Assembly (NCBI GenBank): GCA_976226885.1
Contig: OZ320321.1
Location: forward strand, 44,764,001 to 44,828,000
Direction of reading: 5' to 3'
Origin: Iphione sp. A-MEVVRFRX5
Lineage: Eukaryota
Length of the DNA stretch: 64,000 nucleotides
Positions 11,413 through 25,500 of the stretch are shown here, one piece after another; positions within the stretch are counted from its first letter, which is position 1, and each line of letters starts with the position of its first letter. Under the pieces are notes generated by a model. It saw only the letters and a list, made by a program, of their open reading frames with translations. It made no database searches and was not told the DNA's origin. Made by a program: the position numbers and the translations under genes.

Positions 11413-13386
11413 TTAATTTTATAAGTTATATGGGATTTGTTGATGTTTTCTACTATATTGAAGAAATAGAGAGCCTGGCTTCAATTTTATTTTGCAAGTT
11501 TTGTTGGTTAGGAGATTGTCGGTTCCTGAGAGATGATCTTTTAAGGTCTGATGTGGAACAATAACTTTCTGGTATTGTGAGGATAGTCACTACCAGTAGA
11601 CAAACCATGAAACAGGTCCGTAAACTGGCATAAAACAGAGGAAGTAATGAAAGTGTTGAAACTTGAACTTCAAGAAATGAAGGAAAAATCCATACTTAAA
11701 AGCGAAGTGGGCGCCCTAGATGGACTCCTTGTCCATAAAATTGTGACAAAGTCCAGTACTTCAGACAGAACCCAGTAAACAAGTGAAGAGGATGAACTTT
11801 TACTTTGGCGAACTAAAGGAATCAGATGACTAGAACATCAAACAGCTACAAATTGACTGATCGCACGTATTGTAGCAACAATGGGAGAAGCTGGTAGAGG
11901 GGTGTTTTACACAGTTCGTGGATATTTCATTGATCTGTCAGAGTCAGATATTAAAACAATGTCATTGTGACATTCACAGCAGAATGTAACTATGATGCGT
12001 GTGATCGGCCAAAGGGACATAGACAAGTGCAACTGAAGAGCTGGATATAACGGTGACAAAATTATGTCTTCCTTTTCTTAGCGAGAATGGAGACAAATCC
12101 TTTGATCATGAGCATAAGGGTAAGCTGAAGGAAGAGGAAGACAAGAGGCAACCTGTGAATGATAGCTGGAGAAAAGCATACTGCATTGCTAAAATGAGAT
12201 TTGTTGTTAATAGATAACTAGCCTCAATTGATTTTGATGTTAAATGTTGTTTTGCTTCTGTGGTCATAAGCTGCACCAATTGATACATTTTCATAACTAG
12301 CATTAGCAAAGGTTCACGTCCCCTTAAGCTAACAATGCATTTAATAATATTGCATAACAAGAAACCGACATTAGAAGATGTAGTAAATAGGGGGTCGGTA
12401 GAGTAGAGTGCACATCATAACTGACACTTGTACCATGGTTACAGTGTACTTGTTCCATTGCTTGCCACATTTTTCTTTCATTTTTGTGCTTTCATTTATA
12501 CTCTCTTGATTGACTTTATGTTGTTGGTAAAATGTCATTTTTTTGTAATGGTAACCATCATCATAGCAAAATAAAACGTGATAACTAAATGTTTGTAGTG
12601 TACCTTATGATATCGTAGTGTGATCAGGTTCGGCAATTTCCATTGAAGATAAAGCGTCCACACAAGGTGGTCAGATTCACTTTAAGTGTACAAATTACAG
12701 GTTTCTGTTTAATGAATCATTTTCTATTGGGCATAGGTAGATGCAGTCTTGCTCTATCATCACTTCTACTATTTTTTTTTTCTTTTTATATGTATACACT
12801 TGTAGGTATATGTATTACACATTAGTGCAATAATAAATAGGTTTCTCCTTTCTTGGATTCCTGTTAAATTATATTTCAGGTATACATGTATCTGATTAGT
12901 ATTTGGAATAGTAGAATGTACTTGTCCATGCCATCAGGTCTTGTACAGACTTCATGCAGGTTTCTGATATTGCAGGAATTTGATCAGCAGTTGGAGAGGT
13001 GTGTGATGAACCCCTTACAAAACCTGGCCAATTAAAATTATTTCAAGGTAAGAAAGGAAGGACCCAGCCAATGAGGACTTACCTTCCTCACTGGCCAGGA
13101 TAATTGTAGGGAGACAAAACTGTACTATGCACCCTCTTTGAAGAGTACACACCCCAACAAGGCATGAGTAAACCTTCTTGCATTCTCGATGTCAGGCTTT
13201 GCGTAGGCTCTGCTCCTACCCTCTTTGATTACATGTATCTGCAACCCAAGCAAGGTAGAATCGGGCCTCCTTGTACCTTTTCATACACCTCTCGGGTGCC
13301 TTTGCTCATTTCATCCTTTTTGGGGGAGTTCATTCCCTACTCAAGCGGATCTTAGTCTTATGTAACAATTTTTGTGGTTTTAATTA

Positions 13387-13581
13387 GGCCTAAACAACAA
13401 TATCTGTGTTTCCGGTAACCCGACCGACCCTACATTAGGGCAATGTATAATGTAATATATAACCATACACATTTTTTCCTCTGAATGAATTTACATTAAA
13501 AAAAAGAAAAATAAAAAAATAGCACCTACTGACCGACCTTATCTATTTTCAGCATATTACCGGAAACAGATTTTTTAGGCC
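13387..13581. mobile_element. PIF/Harbinger-like MITE (GGCCTAAA family)
   Basis: TTA|GGCCTAAA...TTTAGGCC|TTA. The left arm is nearly identical to the reverse complement of the right end of 38252-38580. Confidence 0.8.
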
Positions 13582-13784
13582 TTATTTATTACTTTAATTG
13601 CTAATAACTTAATAAATATTGCTGACTAATTAGCATGGATACTGAAAGATATCATGGTCATAAAGGAGCTTTTAGCCAAAGACTTCTCCCATTAAATACC
13701 ATTTCTTATTGTTTTGGAAGGAGCTATTTTGAGCCTATTTTTCCATTTCAACCATCCCCATCCGATATATTAATTCCAGCTGCA

Positions 13785-14728
13785 GTTGTGATCGACAAGC
13801 TAAAAAGAGTGGGTGCCAGCTCAGGAGTCAGGAGATTACTAACCAGCTACTTCACTGGTAGACAACAATTTGTACGGTGTCAAGGGAGTAATGGGCCTGC
13901 ATGCTTTTGGACTTGTGGTGGACAGTGTGGTGGGCTGTATGCTGGCAGGTTGCTCCATCGTGCTGTATGCTGATGACATAACAGTGACAGCGTCAGCTAG
14001 GGATCTACTTCGTCTAAGGTCAGCCACTCAAATGTGTGTCAACTCAATAACAAAATGGTGTGGCGCAAATGGCATGAGATTCAGTGAGGGTAAATGTTCA
14101 TGCATGACTCTTTTGCATGCCAAAGGGATTGATCTTCACTTGTACCTAGGGGATAGACCGATGACCAGAGTTGATTCACTGAACTTGCTGGGATATACTT
14201 TGGACGAATGATTGAACTTCAAGAAGAGCATCTGAGGTCTAATGAACAAGATGTGGTCACTGGCTGTTCAAATTGGGAGGGTGAAAAGACTGCTGCCACT
14301 GGAAGCTAGATTGCATTTGGTGAAGTCTCTGTTAATACCACATGTGCGGTATTCGTGTATCCTGTACTTTGGTATCTCTGAATCAGACAAGGTGCAACTA
14401 CAAGTCCGCTTAAATAGATGCATACAAGTTTGCATTCAGACACAAGGCCATCTAACTGAGAAGGATGAGTACACAACTGAGGATCCCAAGAGTGTCTCAG
14501 ATGGTGGAATCTAGGGGACTGCAAGCAGTGCATAGACATGTGCAGCTGGGGTTGTTCCAACTAAAGAAACAGGGAAGAACCAGGCTGAGGAAGACTCTGC
14601 TTATCCATCTGTGCCACTCTCGGTCGACATGGTACTCTAGGACAATGTTCTACGCTGCCGTGAAGAGTTGGAATCATCTGCCATCAACTCAGAAGGGCAT
14701 GAGGAAGCTCCCCCACTCAGCAGTGTAG
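13785..14728 (+). mobile_element. Decayed non-LTR retrotransposon (CR1/L2/Crack group), 3' part of ORF2 RT
   Basis: Frameshifted fragments VIDKLKRVG..LLTSYFTGRQQFV, QGSNGP (GVPQGS-like), CSIVLYADD (RT motif), WCGANGMRFSEGKC, LLPLEARLHLVKSLLIPHVRYSC, and RTMFYAAVKSWNHLP, typical of the CR1-group ORF2 C-terminus. Stops, frameshifts and CpG depletion. Confidence 0.85.
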
Positions 14729-17578
14729 CAGGGAAAGGGTGTGCTATCATGGTGTGATGTCAGTATTTCTGTTTATGATAGGTGATGGATGATGACTAAG
14801 ATTAAAAGTGAAACATGACTGTAATGACTGAGATGTATGTGAGTGCGGGAGTATGAGTTATGGTATGTAAGGGAGAGGAGTGTCACTAGTGCAGGATATT
14901 TAAGGCTTATGCACTACATAAACCATGAGCAAGGTGCTATATCTAAGATTTAATTGTGTGATAGTGATCAGATGTGTGAAGTGGTGATCAGATAGACTTA
15001 TGACCACAATGGTTATGATGTGGCAGTGATTTCAAGGAATGGTTTATTTGATGTGATAGAGTATACTATTATGAAGCAGGAGTTACATATTGAGATGGGT
15101 CTGAATGATCCATATTTACTGGGAGTGTTTTTGATAGGTAATCATGGCTGAACCACAACAGAGTACCAAGGCTATTACTTAAGTAGAGTCTTACTTTGTT
15201 TTTGACAATGAAGAGCTAAAATTCTTGTACATTCGTTATCTCCCCTGTGATGGGCTTTCAACATTTTTGGTCATTTATGTTCATGAGAATTCAGCATAGT
15301 GCTCTATAGGTTACAACTTTATTGCCAAGAAGAACTTCATGTAACTGTTCGTGAAGGTTTGGTAAATAAACAATTTGAATTTGAATTTGAATTCCCGCCT
15401 TCACACACGATGATACCACTGAAACTGTATTCAGTTTTGATCTAACAGTAATTATATGGTTGGAATGAAGAACAATACCTCGTCTATCAATGGATGGCGA
15501 TGCCAAATGACAGTAACGATATAAATCTACATAAAAATCAATCATACCTCTCGAAATAATTTTTTCAAACCAACTTTAAATTTTCCCCCTCTTCCCATCC
15601 TATTGCTGCAAAACCTCTTTCAACGAGCCCCAAATTTCAGTGTGATTCCTTCACAATTTGAAGCTCTCTTTAGAAAGATTCGGTCACACCTCAAGAATTT
15701 CTTGTAGTTTTATTCTTGAAAAGTGCACACAAGGTGGTCTCTCTAATACAGAAATGACCAAGTAAGATTAGAAATTTATCATATACTTTACATGTAGAGA
15801 AACCTATTTTGTTTACAAATATAAATTGGTTTAGCTCCAATATGCCAAAGTACAAAACATCAACAGGTAGTGTGTCAGCCACAACTCATATCTTCACCTA
15901 GAGCAAAGATAATACCACATATGCATATATCAGATTGTTTTCGTCCATTTATTAGGTATCACATTTTTAAGATCACAAAGTTTGACCTCAAGCTTTATAG
16001 AAATGGGTGTACCAGTGTCACAGTGTGATCCCTATGAATCAGTATCAGCACAATATCCGCTAAATTATGTAGACCAGACCGTCCAAGAAATCATACACAC
16101 AAACATGCAGGTAGAGTCACATACACATGCACACATCTATCATAACACTTCTACTTCACTGTCTCAATGCCTTCCCAACTGTCTCAGCCACTCCTCCACT
16201 TTCTCCGTGCCTTAACTCTCGTGGCAGACACGCACCTGCACTGAGTTCAAGTGCCATTATAAGTTTCTCTGCATATCATGTGACTTTCCAGTGCATGTAT
16301 GACATTTTATGCAGACTGAAGGTCTATCCTTCAATCCAGGCACTACTGAGAACCAGTTTAAGCGGTAGTCTATGGTCAGGATGTAAAAACGAAACAGGAC
16401 CGGACTGTTCGGTCTACCAAATACAACATGGTTCAGACTCTGACTCTGGTACCATTCCAAGCTATCTGAGATTTATAACATCAACCTGGGTATGTATAAG
16501 TAAGTTATACATGTGCAGCGAACATACATAAAACAACTAAAATAAACGATATATGACACATTTTGCAGAATCCATGCCCGCATTGACTCTCATCTGGTTA
16601 TGATTGTCAATTACTAATATATATCACCATTTTCCAATGATATAGGACAAAAACCAACAGAAAAATCTCGCAAACTTCAGTATCAGAGAGTAGAGGTAAC
16701 GGTCAAAGGCAACCAACTCAAATAGAAGTTCACAGAATGTACATGAAAGAACATAACACTATATCACTTGTCGCTTCACATGTTTTGTGTAAACTCAATT
16801 TATGTACAATTCGTTTGTTTTGTTCTAAGGCCAGGTCTCAGTTATCGTTTTTGTTGGAAGCGGAAATTTATGCAAGGTCTGTAATTACCTTCCTGCATAG
16901 GAGGAGGGGTTGGTTTTCAGTCCAATTGGCACTCTTAGGCCCAGTTTCCATGTACCTGGGCTTGTTTTCCATATATGGAAGAGTCCAGAGAATTTTATGG
17001 ACATTTCTGGACTCTCAGCGACAGGGAGTTTCCATGTGTCCAGGTATAGGAGTGCAGGCAGGAGTAAGGGAATGTGTGTATGCGTGTGTGTGTAAAGAGA
17101 AGCATTTCTGTGGACTTTGTGCAGTATGGAAATTGAATCATATCTGTGGCAATTGTGTGGTTTATGCAAATTATATGCAAACAAGATTAATTTTACATAA
17201 TTAATGTGTACATTGCCTTGTCCTGCTGAAAAAACACGTCTCTCTATTCTACTGGTCCATTTGGGTTTATGGACATCGTTTGTTTTTGAACCACAGACCC
17301 CCCCCCCCCCCCGGAACTGGACCACGGACCCCCAGATGACAAACTCATGGAAACAGCCCGGTAGTTTGTCATGTGCACTTGCATTATGGCGCTTTACAGG
17401 TAACAATAGTGTAAAGAAAATGCGTTTATATCACTTTCTCTCCGTGTTTGAGTTTTTCTTTCTTTCTTAACCTTGCCTTTGTACATATGGAATATACAGT
17501 TTAATATATTTCAGTAGTATCACAGAAGCATTTCAGTATCCATTTTGCTCGTAGAGCCTCGGAATACTTTGGCATTAT

Positions 17579-17731
17579 CTATACAATTGGGACCCCAGGT
17601 GCGACCATTTCTGGCGTCGTCGGTTTGGCTGATTTTGGCTTGACATTGTTTTTATAGAGGGCCTGTTTAGGTGGTCCATCTGCACTCAACTCTTGAATCT
17701 TCTCGAGGAGGTATTTTTTGTCATACCCTTC
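17579..17731 (-). CDS. TMC7: TMC terminal coding exon
   Basis: tgtttcag; EGYDKKYLLEKIQELSADGPPKQALYKNNVKPKSAKPTTPEMVAPGVPIV, TAG. Confidence 0.9.
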   Translation of the reverse strand, partial: EGYDKKYLLEKIQELSADGPPKQALYKNNVKPKSAKPTTPEMVAPGVPIV

Positions 17732-20700
17732 CTGAAACAACAATTAAACATTTCATGACTGATTGGGAGAATTCAGGGTATACATCGACTTGGTTTGTGC
17801 GAGAAGATATAGATTACTAAAGACGATAAACGTGTATATTACGTAAATGTTCAAACTGAACTCACCATCACTAGTTGTTCCTTGAGGAGAACTATCATAC
17901 TTTTGTAGGCACTTATTACCGTGGCCAAGTAGTAGATTATAACTCTGCAGGAAAAGGACAGTTAGTATTAGTAGCTAAATCGTTTCACGAGTCCATTTGT
18001 ACGTCATCATAGATATAAGATATAAAAAGAAACATCAAGGACATAGAATAAGAACTAACGTATTACAGAATCAAGGTGGGGTTCTGATAGGCAAACATAG
18101 AACTATTCTCGCGGGGGAGTGTATTTCATTATATATTATTATGTAGTACTCGAAGACCGGACGCAGGACAGGGTCGCCGTCTAGACTGCCAGAACTGGCT
18201 TCTGAGGACTGTTATGCTCAGAGAATCTAGCATATTATGTCACAATTAGGGTGTAGGACTATGTCATGGTCCTGGTATTGCATCCAAACTGCACTATAGA
18301 CAAGTATAATGAGCTAAGAAGGAGCTGTAAAAGTGCCTACATTATTGAATTACATGTCTATACTCTTGTACACCTGTGGATAGAAAGCAGCAAATGATGT
18401 GTTAAATATTAGGCTCCTGGGCGCACTATATTATGCAATTGACTGTAACCTCCATTATCATCCAACATAGTGATCATGTATTATCACCTAGCGAAAAAGT
18501 GGGACACATACTGGATACAAGTGCTTTGTACACTATATATACACTTAAACTATATATATGTCAACACGATTCGATCAAAATACTTACAGTAGTATTACAA
18601 CGGCTGTCAGTTCGAAAATTGTTGACTGAATAAATGTCACGACGTCAACCAGTCCCTTTGGCCAAGTTGCAATATTCAGATTAATGATGTCGTAGACGTA
18701 ATCGTAAAGACGGAATGGTCCACAACCCCGAGATGGAGCAATCCTGAGAGAAGAAATACATATTAATCAAGCAAACATGCGGAAAAGCCAAACGTACCAC
18801 ACGTATGATACCAACTTCACAGGCAAAATCTAGCTCTAAGAGACATTACGCAGCTACAGTAGTTCAAAGAACTGTTATGGCCACTCTGCAGAGACATCAC
18901 AACCCAAGGTTTTTGCATCAAGAACTCTTTAATCCAGGTAAAATACACTGAGACAAAAAGTTCAGCCCCTACCCCTTCTTATATACTCTAGGAGAAGAGA
19001 ACAGTACCGACATTTATCAGGTGTGGAACCATGACCAGGGGTGCCACCTAGTGTGGTGTAACATCGTTACTTTAGTACTGGGGAGGAACTCTGCTCTGCA
19101 GGACATGGTTCAAATCACTCATAGCATGTTGGGGGAAAAACATTGAATTTCTCAAGCTATACTTCCCCTCAAACTATAAGTTCTACTGTACAATTACTAA
19201 ATTTTCGGGGTTACAAATCTGTTTGTTAGACAGTTCCTGTGCTAAGCTGGATTTCCATGCAGCAATGATGGGATATTTTGGCACACATGTATAGATTAAC
19301 ACCAGGACCGTACACATGTACATGGTTACCATGTAATGGTCTCTGTGTAGCGTGTATTCGCAATAGGACATGTCCCAGTTTCTACAGATGCATCTCCATG
19401 TTTGTGGCAGGTATTGCTGGGAACTATGCAGGTACATGGAAAATATTTCAGTGGTTTGTGCAACTGACACCGCATAAACCTTTCATGGTACTCGGCAGTG
19501 CTAAAACACAATACACACTACACAGTTAAATGGGAATTCAGCCTTTCAGAGATTATCAGATGAGAGATTATAGAAAAAAGATATTGAGGTTCTGCAGGGA
19601 TAGGGACGTTGCGAGTGGCTGGTGCTTTGAAGGGTTCCACATTGCTTTTTCATTTTTTGTTCAGCGTTTGTGGTAATGAACAGGAGTCCAGCAGCATCCC
19701 CCCTCCTACAATATAAGGATGATATTTGAATTCTACGTCAGACATGTGACATTGTAATAGTAATAGGCCTACATTCGATGGAGTTTTCTGGCGGGCTATA
19801 TTGAGTTTATCGTACAGATACTCATTTTCTAAACTGTTTAATCATTAATTGCCAGACGAACTTATCAAAAAACCTTTTCTCTCCCCATAAAGTACGATCA
19901 TGTCATTTTAAGACTAAAGCATAAATGTCTAAAGTTAGGACTAATAGTGATTTGTCATTTTCATTATAAAGAATATTTGTATGATATGCTTACATTAGCG
20001 TCACAAATTCGAATCACATAGGAGGGAAGAGGGACAGCAACAGAGGATGGACGATGCAGAAAGGGAGAAAGAGAGGGTTCTACAGAGGCCAGCTGGGGAA
20101 ACAATGATTGTGGGACACAATAGAAAATGGAAGCTTTCTATTGTCATGCACTGGTTCTACTTACATAATTACGCAGTAGCCAATAGGAATGACGCAGAGA
20201 ATGTACGCAATAAGTAGAACATACATAAAGAATGCGTCCGAATCAGAACTGCTGTATGCTTTCGTCGAAGGGCCATAGAACAAGATTGCTGTCAACTGTT
20301 AAAGCAAACGAAAGTACAATCATGTTGTGTCAAATTACGTGTATATCTAGTATGTTGTATGCCATATGCTCTTTTTCCCTTTCATAGAAATATTGAATAT
20401 ACATGTATGCATATTGGCTTACTTCTCTCCCTCAGCAAAGTATTTTTACAATCAGATTTACAGATTAAATGGAAAGCTCTTGGCTGTGCAGTTGATTCTT
20501 CATGTGTATAGTAAATAATCATAACATTCTATTCTTAAGCAGCAAATGGTGGCAAGTTTCTAAATTTGCCCCTGAACATCGCACTCCCAAAGAGAGTTAA
20601 CATGAATTTCGTTAGTGATGCATGGATACTTACGTATTTCATGTAGAATGTTAAAAATATCTTCGGTACGACAAACGCTGGGAGCAATGGGCTATAGAAA

Positions 20701-22492
20701 GTCCCGAGCCTAAATGAATAGATCAGTTCTAATTTTAGCTTCTTATTGGTTCAACCTTTGTGTAACAATAGAGAAAATAAAGAAGCCAAACGTAATATAC
20801 CTGTAATAGTAAATTGCCTTGAAATAGACAAGCAAAACAATGCATTCAAATATGTCCACTACTCATTGATTAATATAATAATTCACTCACTGATATATTT
20901 TCCTTAAAATTATATTACGTACAGTGTGGAAACATGTCTAACAAATGTCTAGTGGACGGCAGGCATATCATATGTATTAGTCTCGTAAAACTACAATACT
21001 TTGTGAACCTCTGACAACAAAAGGTCACTTGTTTAACTTCACACATTGGCCTTTCAATGAAGCCTGTACAAGGAAGTCTCACCAGAGAAGAGTCTGTCCA
21101 TATATTAAGCCCAGCACCTCCTTTGCAATGTCGAACTCCTTTTGACCAAGCTTCTTCGACAGCTTGTTCGATGTTTTTGTGACAAAGAGCCTGAAGATAG
21201 ATAATAACACGATAGAGAGTCGCCCATGTGATGCAATGATGTATTTTTGAAAAAATAACACAAATGGGTAGACGATAAGCTGCTTAATTAATACAAAAGT
21301 GTACGTGTATGAAAAGAGATGAGCGGCTCACCATCTTGGAAATTCAACCAAAAATGTCAATCCGACAACGATGAAAAAGTCCGTCAAGACAAGCTTGTAA
21401 ATTTCCTGTCCGATTTTCGTTTCCCAGCACTGCAATGCGCAACACATCAATGCACATTAGTAGAGATATACAACTAGGAATCAGTTTTCGTTTGACCGAG
21501 CATACATTTGCTTTTAATAGCAGTAACATCCTGTAGCTCAAAAAGCCACATATATAACTGGTACAAACACTTGATACAGACATACTCTTAGTGGTTTGCC
21601 TATCAATTAAGGAATGGACTTTAGGAAGAAACGGAATAACACACATCATTTCTGACATTAAATTTACGTCGAGATCACCAGCACTGTACACATGTTGGCA
21701 GACCGACGCCATTATATCAGAAAGTATTATGGATTGAATTCCCTAGAAGGAAGAGGTAGTGCCCCGCAAACAGGAGGAATTTGGTCTACCTGAGTCGCTA
21801 ATGGCAACGCCCAACATTAGCATTACATGAGACGTGGGTATATACGTCCGCCAACAAAACCATGTCAGCCAAAGTGAAAGCCAGGTACTCTACCGCTCTC
21901 CCACACAGTATAGCTATTGTAGAGGAGGAAGGCAATACTAAAGTAGTACAGGCCTTCGAATGGTAAGATTTACAGCTTGCTGCCTTCATGTGTTCTGTCT
22001 ATCATGTGTTACGTCAGACATTTTGCATCGTCTAGCTGAGGTGACATTAATACGTGAATCTATATGATGTACGATACATATAACATATTAATATGTTGTA
22101 CATATATATACATGTTATTATTACTTATCCCGTCGGTCATCTCCCGGCGAACAAATGAAACTATGAGTTTGATAAGGCAAGATATAGTGGCGTTTCTATT
22201 TACGACCATCACTTGGGACCAAGCTACAAATGGTTGTAATAGCAAGAATGGTCGGAAATCAAATATCAAATGTATAGAAATTAGCCTTTTGGTACGCATC
22301 TCAGGTGGTCTCAAATTGAGAATGGTCGGAAATAGATGCGGTCGGAAATAGAGACTTCACCTATATCGTTTTAGCACATACATATATATTCGTCAGTACT
22401 AGAGATTGTATATTCACATTTGCTATCTGTTCGCAATCCACTTTCATCTTTTCCCAATTATGGACTCTGTATCATTACTTAATCTGGTAACA

Positions 22493-22536
<44 letters not shown>

Positions 22537-25500
22537 AGGACAGAGGGAGAGAGAGACGGACAGAGGCAGAGCAACGCGGACAGAGAGATACAGATAGGCA
22601 AATTGACATGGACTTAGGAACATGTTGACAGAGACGAGACACCCATACATAAATAAAGAGAGAAAATTGATAAGTGGAACAACATGCACTACACTAGTTG
22701 AATGATGTAACACACAAGGGAATCGTTAGTCGAGTTCTAAGCATACAATACAGTAACATTGGTAAACAGGGATGTAAAGTCTGTTGGGTGAAAGTCAACC
22801 TGAAATATTACACATGTATCAAATCGCTGCACTTAATGTATCCTAGACCGTCATAGTCTTGTGATATCAACCATGTGCGGGTCTTACTAGGAATATAGAA
22901 CATGCACTTAAAAATGGTTGACTCTTGGTGTTTTAATTGTACTTAAAGGAGTTGGACATAACCCTATGAAGTAGTAAAATTAGTAATGTAGTAGTGCACC
23001 GAGCTAAAGTCTAATAGACCTTGGCATCAACAGAAATTAGACTTATATATAATCTCATCGTACTTATTTCATTTACTTTGCAAAGGGCAATGAGAACATT
23101 TTAAAGTAAAATGGTGTTATTCATGGTATATCTATTTGACACCGGCAACTGGTGGTATTGGCGTGCATTTATATTTCCTGAGCTAAAACCTTTTGTCATG
23201 ATCTTTCTGAGAAATATCTGCTTTACCAAAGAACTTTCTGGTATATCAGTCTGAGCTGAAAAACACAGGGGAGGTAAACTATTTTGGTGATGCATTGTTG
23301 GGTATTTCAATTCACCGTTAAATGTTATTGGCCTTCTAAATGTTTGCTAAATGTTATTTGGCAATTTACTGGTGAAGCGCCACAAAGGTTTAATTCTTGG
23401 TGAAGCATTATCTGCCACATCATTAAGCGTTATAGGTGCTGTGAATTCTTGGTGAAGCGTTATTGGGTACACCCTGACCCCCGCTGTAAAAAATGACTTG
23501 CATTATGACGCAGTTCTTTTCCGGTGTTAAATAGATTAATCTTAGCCATAGACTCATTATTCAGTACACTTGTATTACCACAGGACTAATTCCGCTTGCG
23601 ACAACATATATGTGTACGTGTACTTACGCGTATCTGCATAAAACAATAGTATCATGTATGTAACTTTCAAAGTTGCATCAATTACAAGAACCCATTAAAG
23701 CCTCAGTCAAATTGAATCAATATTTAATGCATGGCAAGGCATGTTTGTGTCAATTCCATCACTGTCAGTCTTTCAACACTTTTTTCAATGATTGGTACTC
23801 ACCTGGACTTCGCTGCAGGTACCAGTGCTGACCCTGCATGTGTCTTTGGGTGTGCATGTGATGTTAACAAAAACGGAGATCATCAGAATGATTAGGGATG
23901 CCAGTTTCAGGAAGACGGTTCTGTAAAAGAAGATTGAGAATAGCTATAATCAACTCATCGTGGACGTTATATTATGTTCATAACAAGTGGTTTAATACAA
24001 AGAAACAGCTGTCCTGCTGCGTCTAAAATACAGTCGAAACTCACATAGGAGACCACCCTTGGGACTGGGGAATTTTGCTCTCTCCCCAGGGTTGGCCTCC
24101 CCTGCAAGTTCATAACGATTGTGAGCAGACAGTTTGGGACTGGACGATTTTGGTATGATGGTCCCTTCACCTCCCTTTTGAAGGCGTGCGCTAATATCAC
24201 ATAGATTCCAGCTGCCTCGACATTGGGCTGACAGTCTGGATTGAATCCCACTTAAAAAGTCCCATCTTTCAACTGCTCTATTTCTGTCAGTTCTTCAAAG
24301 AAATCTTTCAGAATTCGTCAATAATCTTTTCTGTCTTAGCTACAGACAGGCCAAACCAGTTTTTATTAACTTTCACAGTTTTTGTGCGGTGGCCTGAGAA
24401 ATCTCACCCTCTTTCCTCTAGTCTCTTATCTCTGCCACATGCACATTGTTTGCCAAGGGAGTGCTTTTCCATGCACTGAGTGGCCGTCACCTGATCAACA
24501 GACCATGCCCTTACTGGAATCGTAAAGAATGCAACATTTTGTCAGGCTTAGGTAATTGGTCCATTCCTAGGTTGGTCTCCCCTGCGGGTTGCTCCTTATG
24601 AGGGTGTCAGCTCTAGTCACACACAGGTGAAGCTTGTGACATAAAATTCTCTTAGGTCTCTGGTGATGTTTAGGTCTTTTCCAATCACCAAGGATATAAT
24701 ACCGGTAAAACGTAAAATCGTCATGTAATTTTCAAAAATGGCCTTTCAAAGGACTGTCATACCTTGAGATTGGATAGAAAGGAACAGGAGGGACATATGC
24801 GACGGGAAATAAGGAGAAAGAAATGGCTTAAGGAAGGAGAGAAGTAGTGTAATTCAGCAGTCACGAATATCCACGAGGGAGAAGGGCAGGAGAAGAGGGA
24901 AGAGTGAGACTGATGAATAGACAGAGGAAAACAGAGAAGTAATGAATACAACCAAGGTTTTGGAGGGGTTTCTTGTACATGTATTTCCTGTCTGTAGCAT
25001 CACCTTTGAAGTAGATTTCTTCGATAATAAACTATAAATAGCACGTGCGATATAATATTAGAACGAGTTTGAATGTATTTACAGACATCCGCACTTTACA
25101 TCTATTCGCACATAACCACACTCAACCAGTGAGAGAGAAAGAAGCGAAAGCGAGAGAATAGTCTCGACAGATTTTTATATTTACATTGTACATGTATATG
25201 CCATTCTCTTCCGGAAAAATACTGTTTTTACTATGGTGACTTAATCTGCTTTGGAGGTGATAGCCTACCTGAAGAGTGTCATGTTGACAGCGAACCCTGT
25301 CGAATAGTCCTCGAATCTGATCAAGAACTTGTAGATCGAGGGTAGTATGCCATTCAGAAGACTAATGACGATTGAGGAGAGGTATTGAATGAGGAACTGC
25401 ACCACAGTATGATACGAGCTATAAGCTGCACTGGAGGTGAGCTGCAATGTGAGGTAAATAAATTATCCTTCCATCCCGTGACTCTTATTCACATGAAATT

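Noticed and set aside
11640-12360. Protein-like plus-strand fragments (EVMKVLKLELQEMKEK..., WRKAYCIAKMRF)
   Set aside because: Interrupted by stops and unassignable; probably an old TE relic.
12976-13046. Exon-like segment (ttgcag...caag|gtaag) on the plus strand
   Set aside because: Stops in all three frames; no partner exons identified.
16938-17365. Harbinger-like end TTA|GGCCCAGTTTCCATG, with similar ends near 8914, 9063 and 55659
   Set aside because: Matching opposite termini and TSDs could not be established, so element boundaries are not supported.
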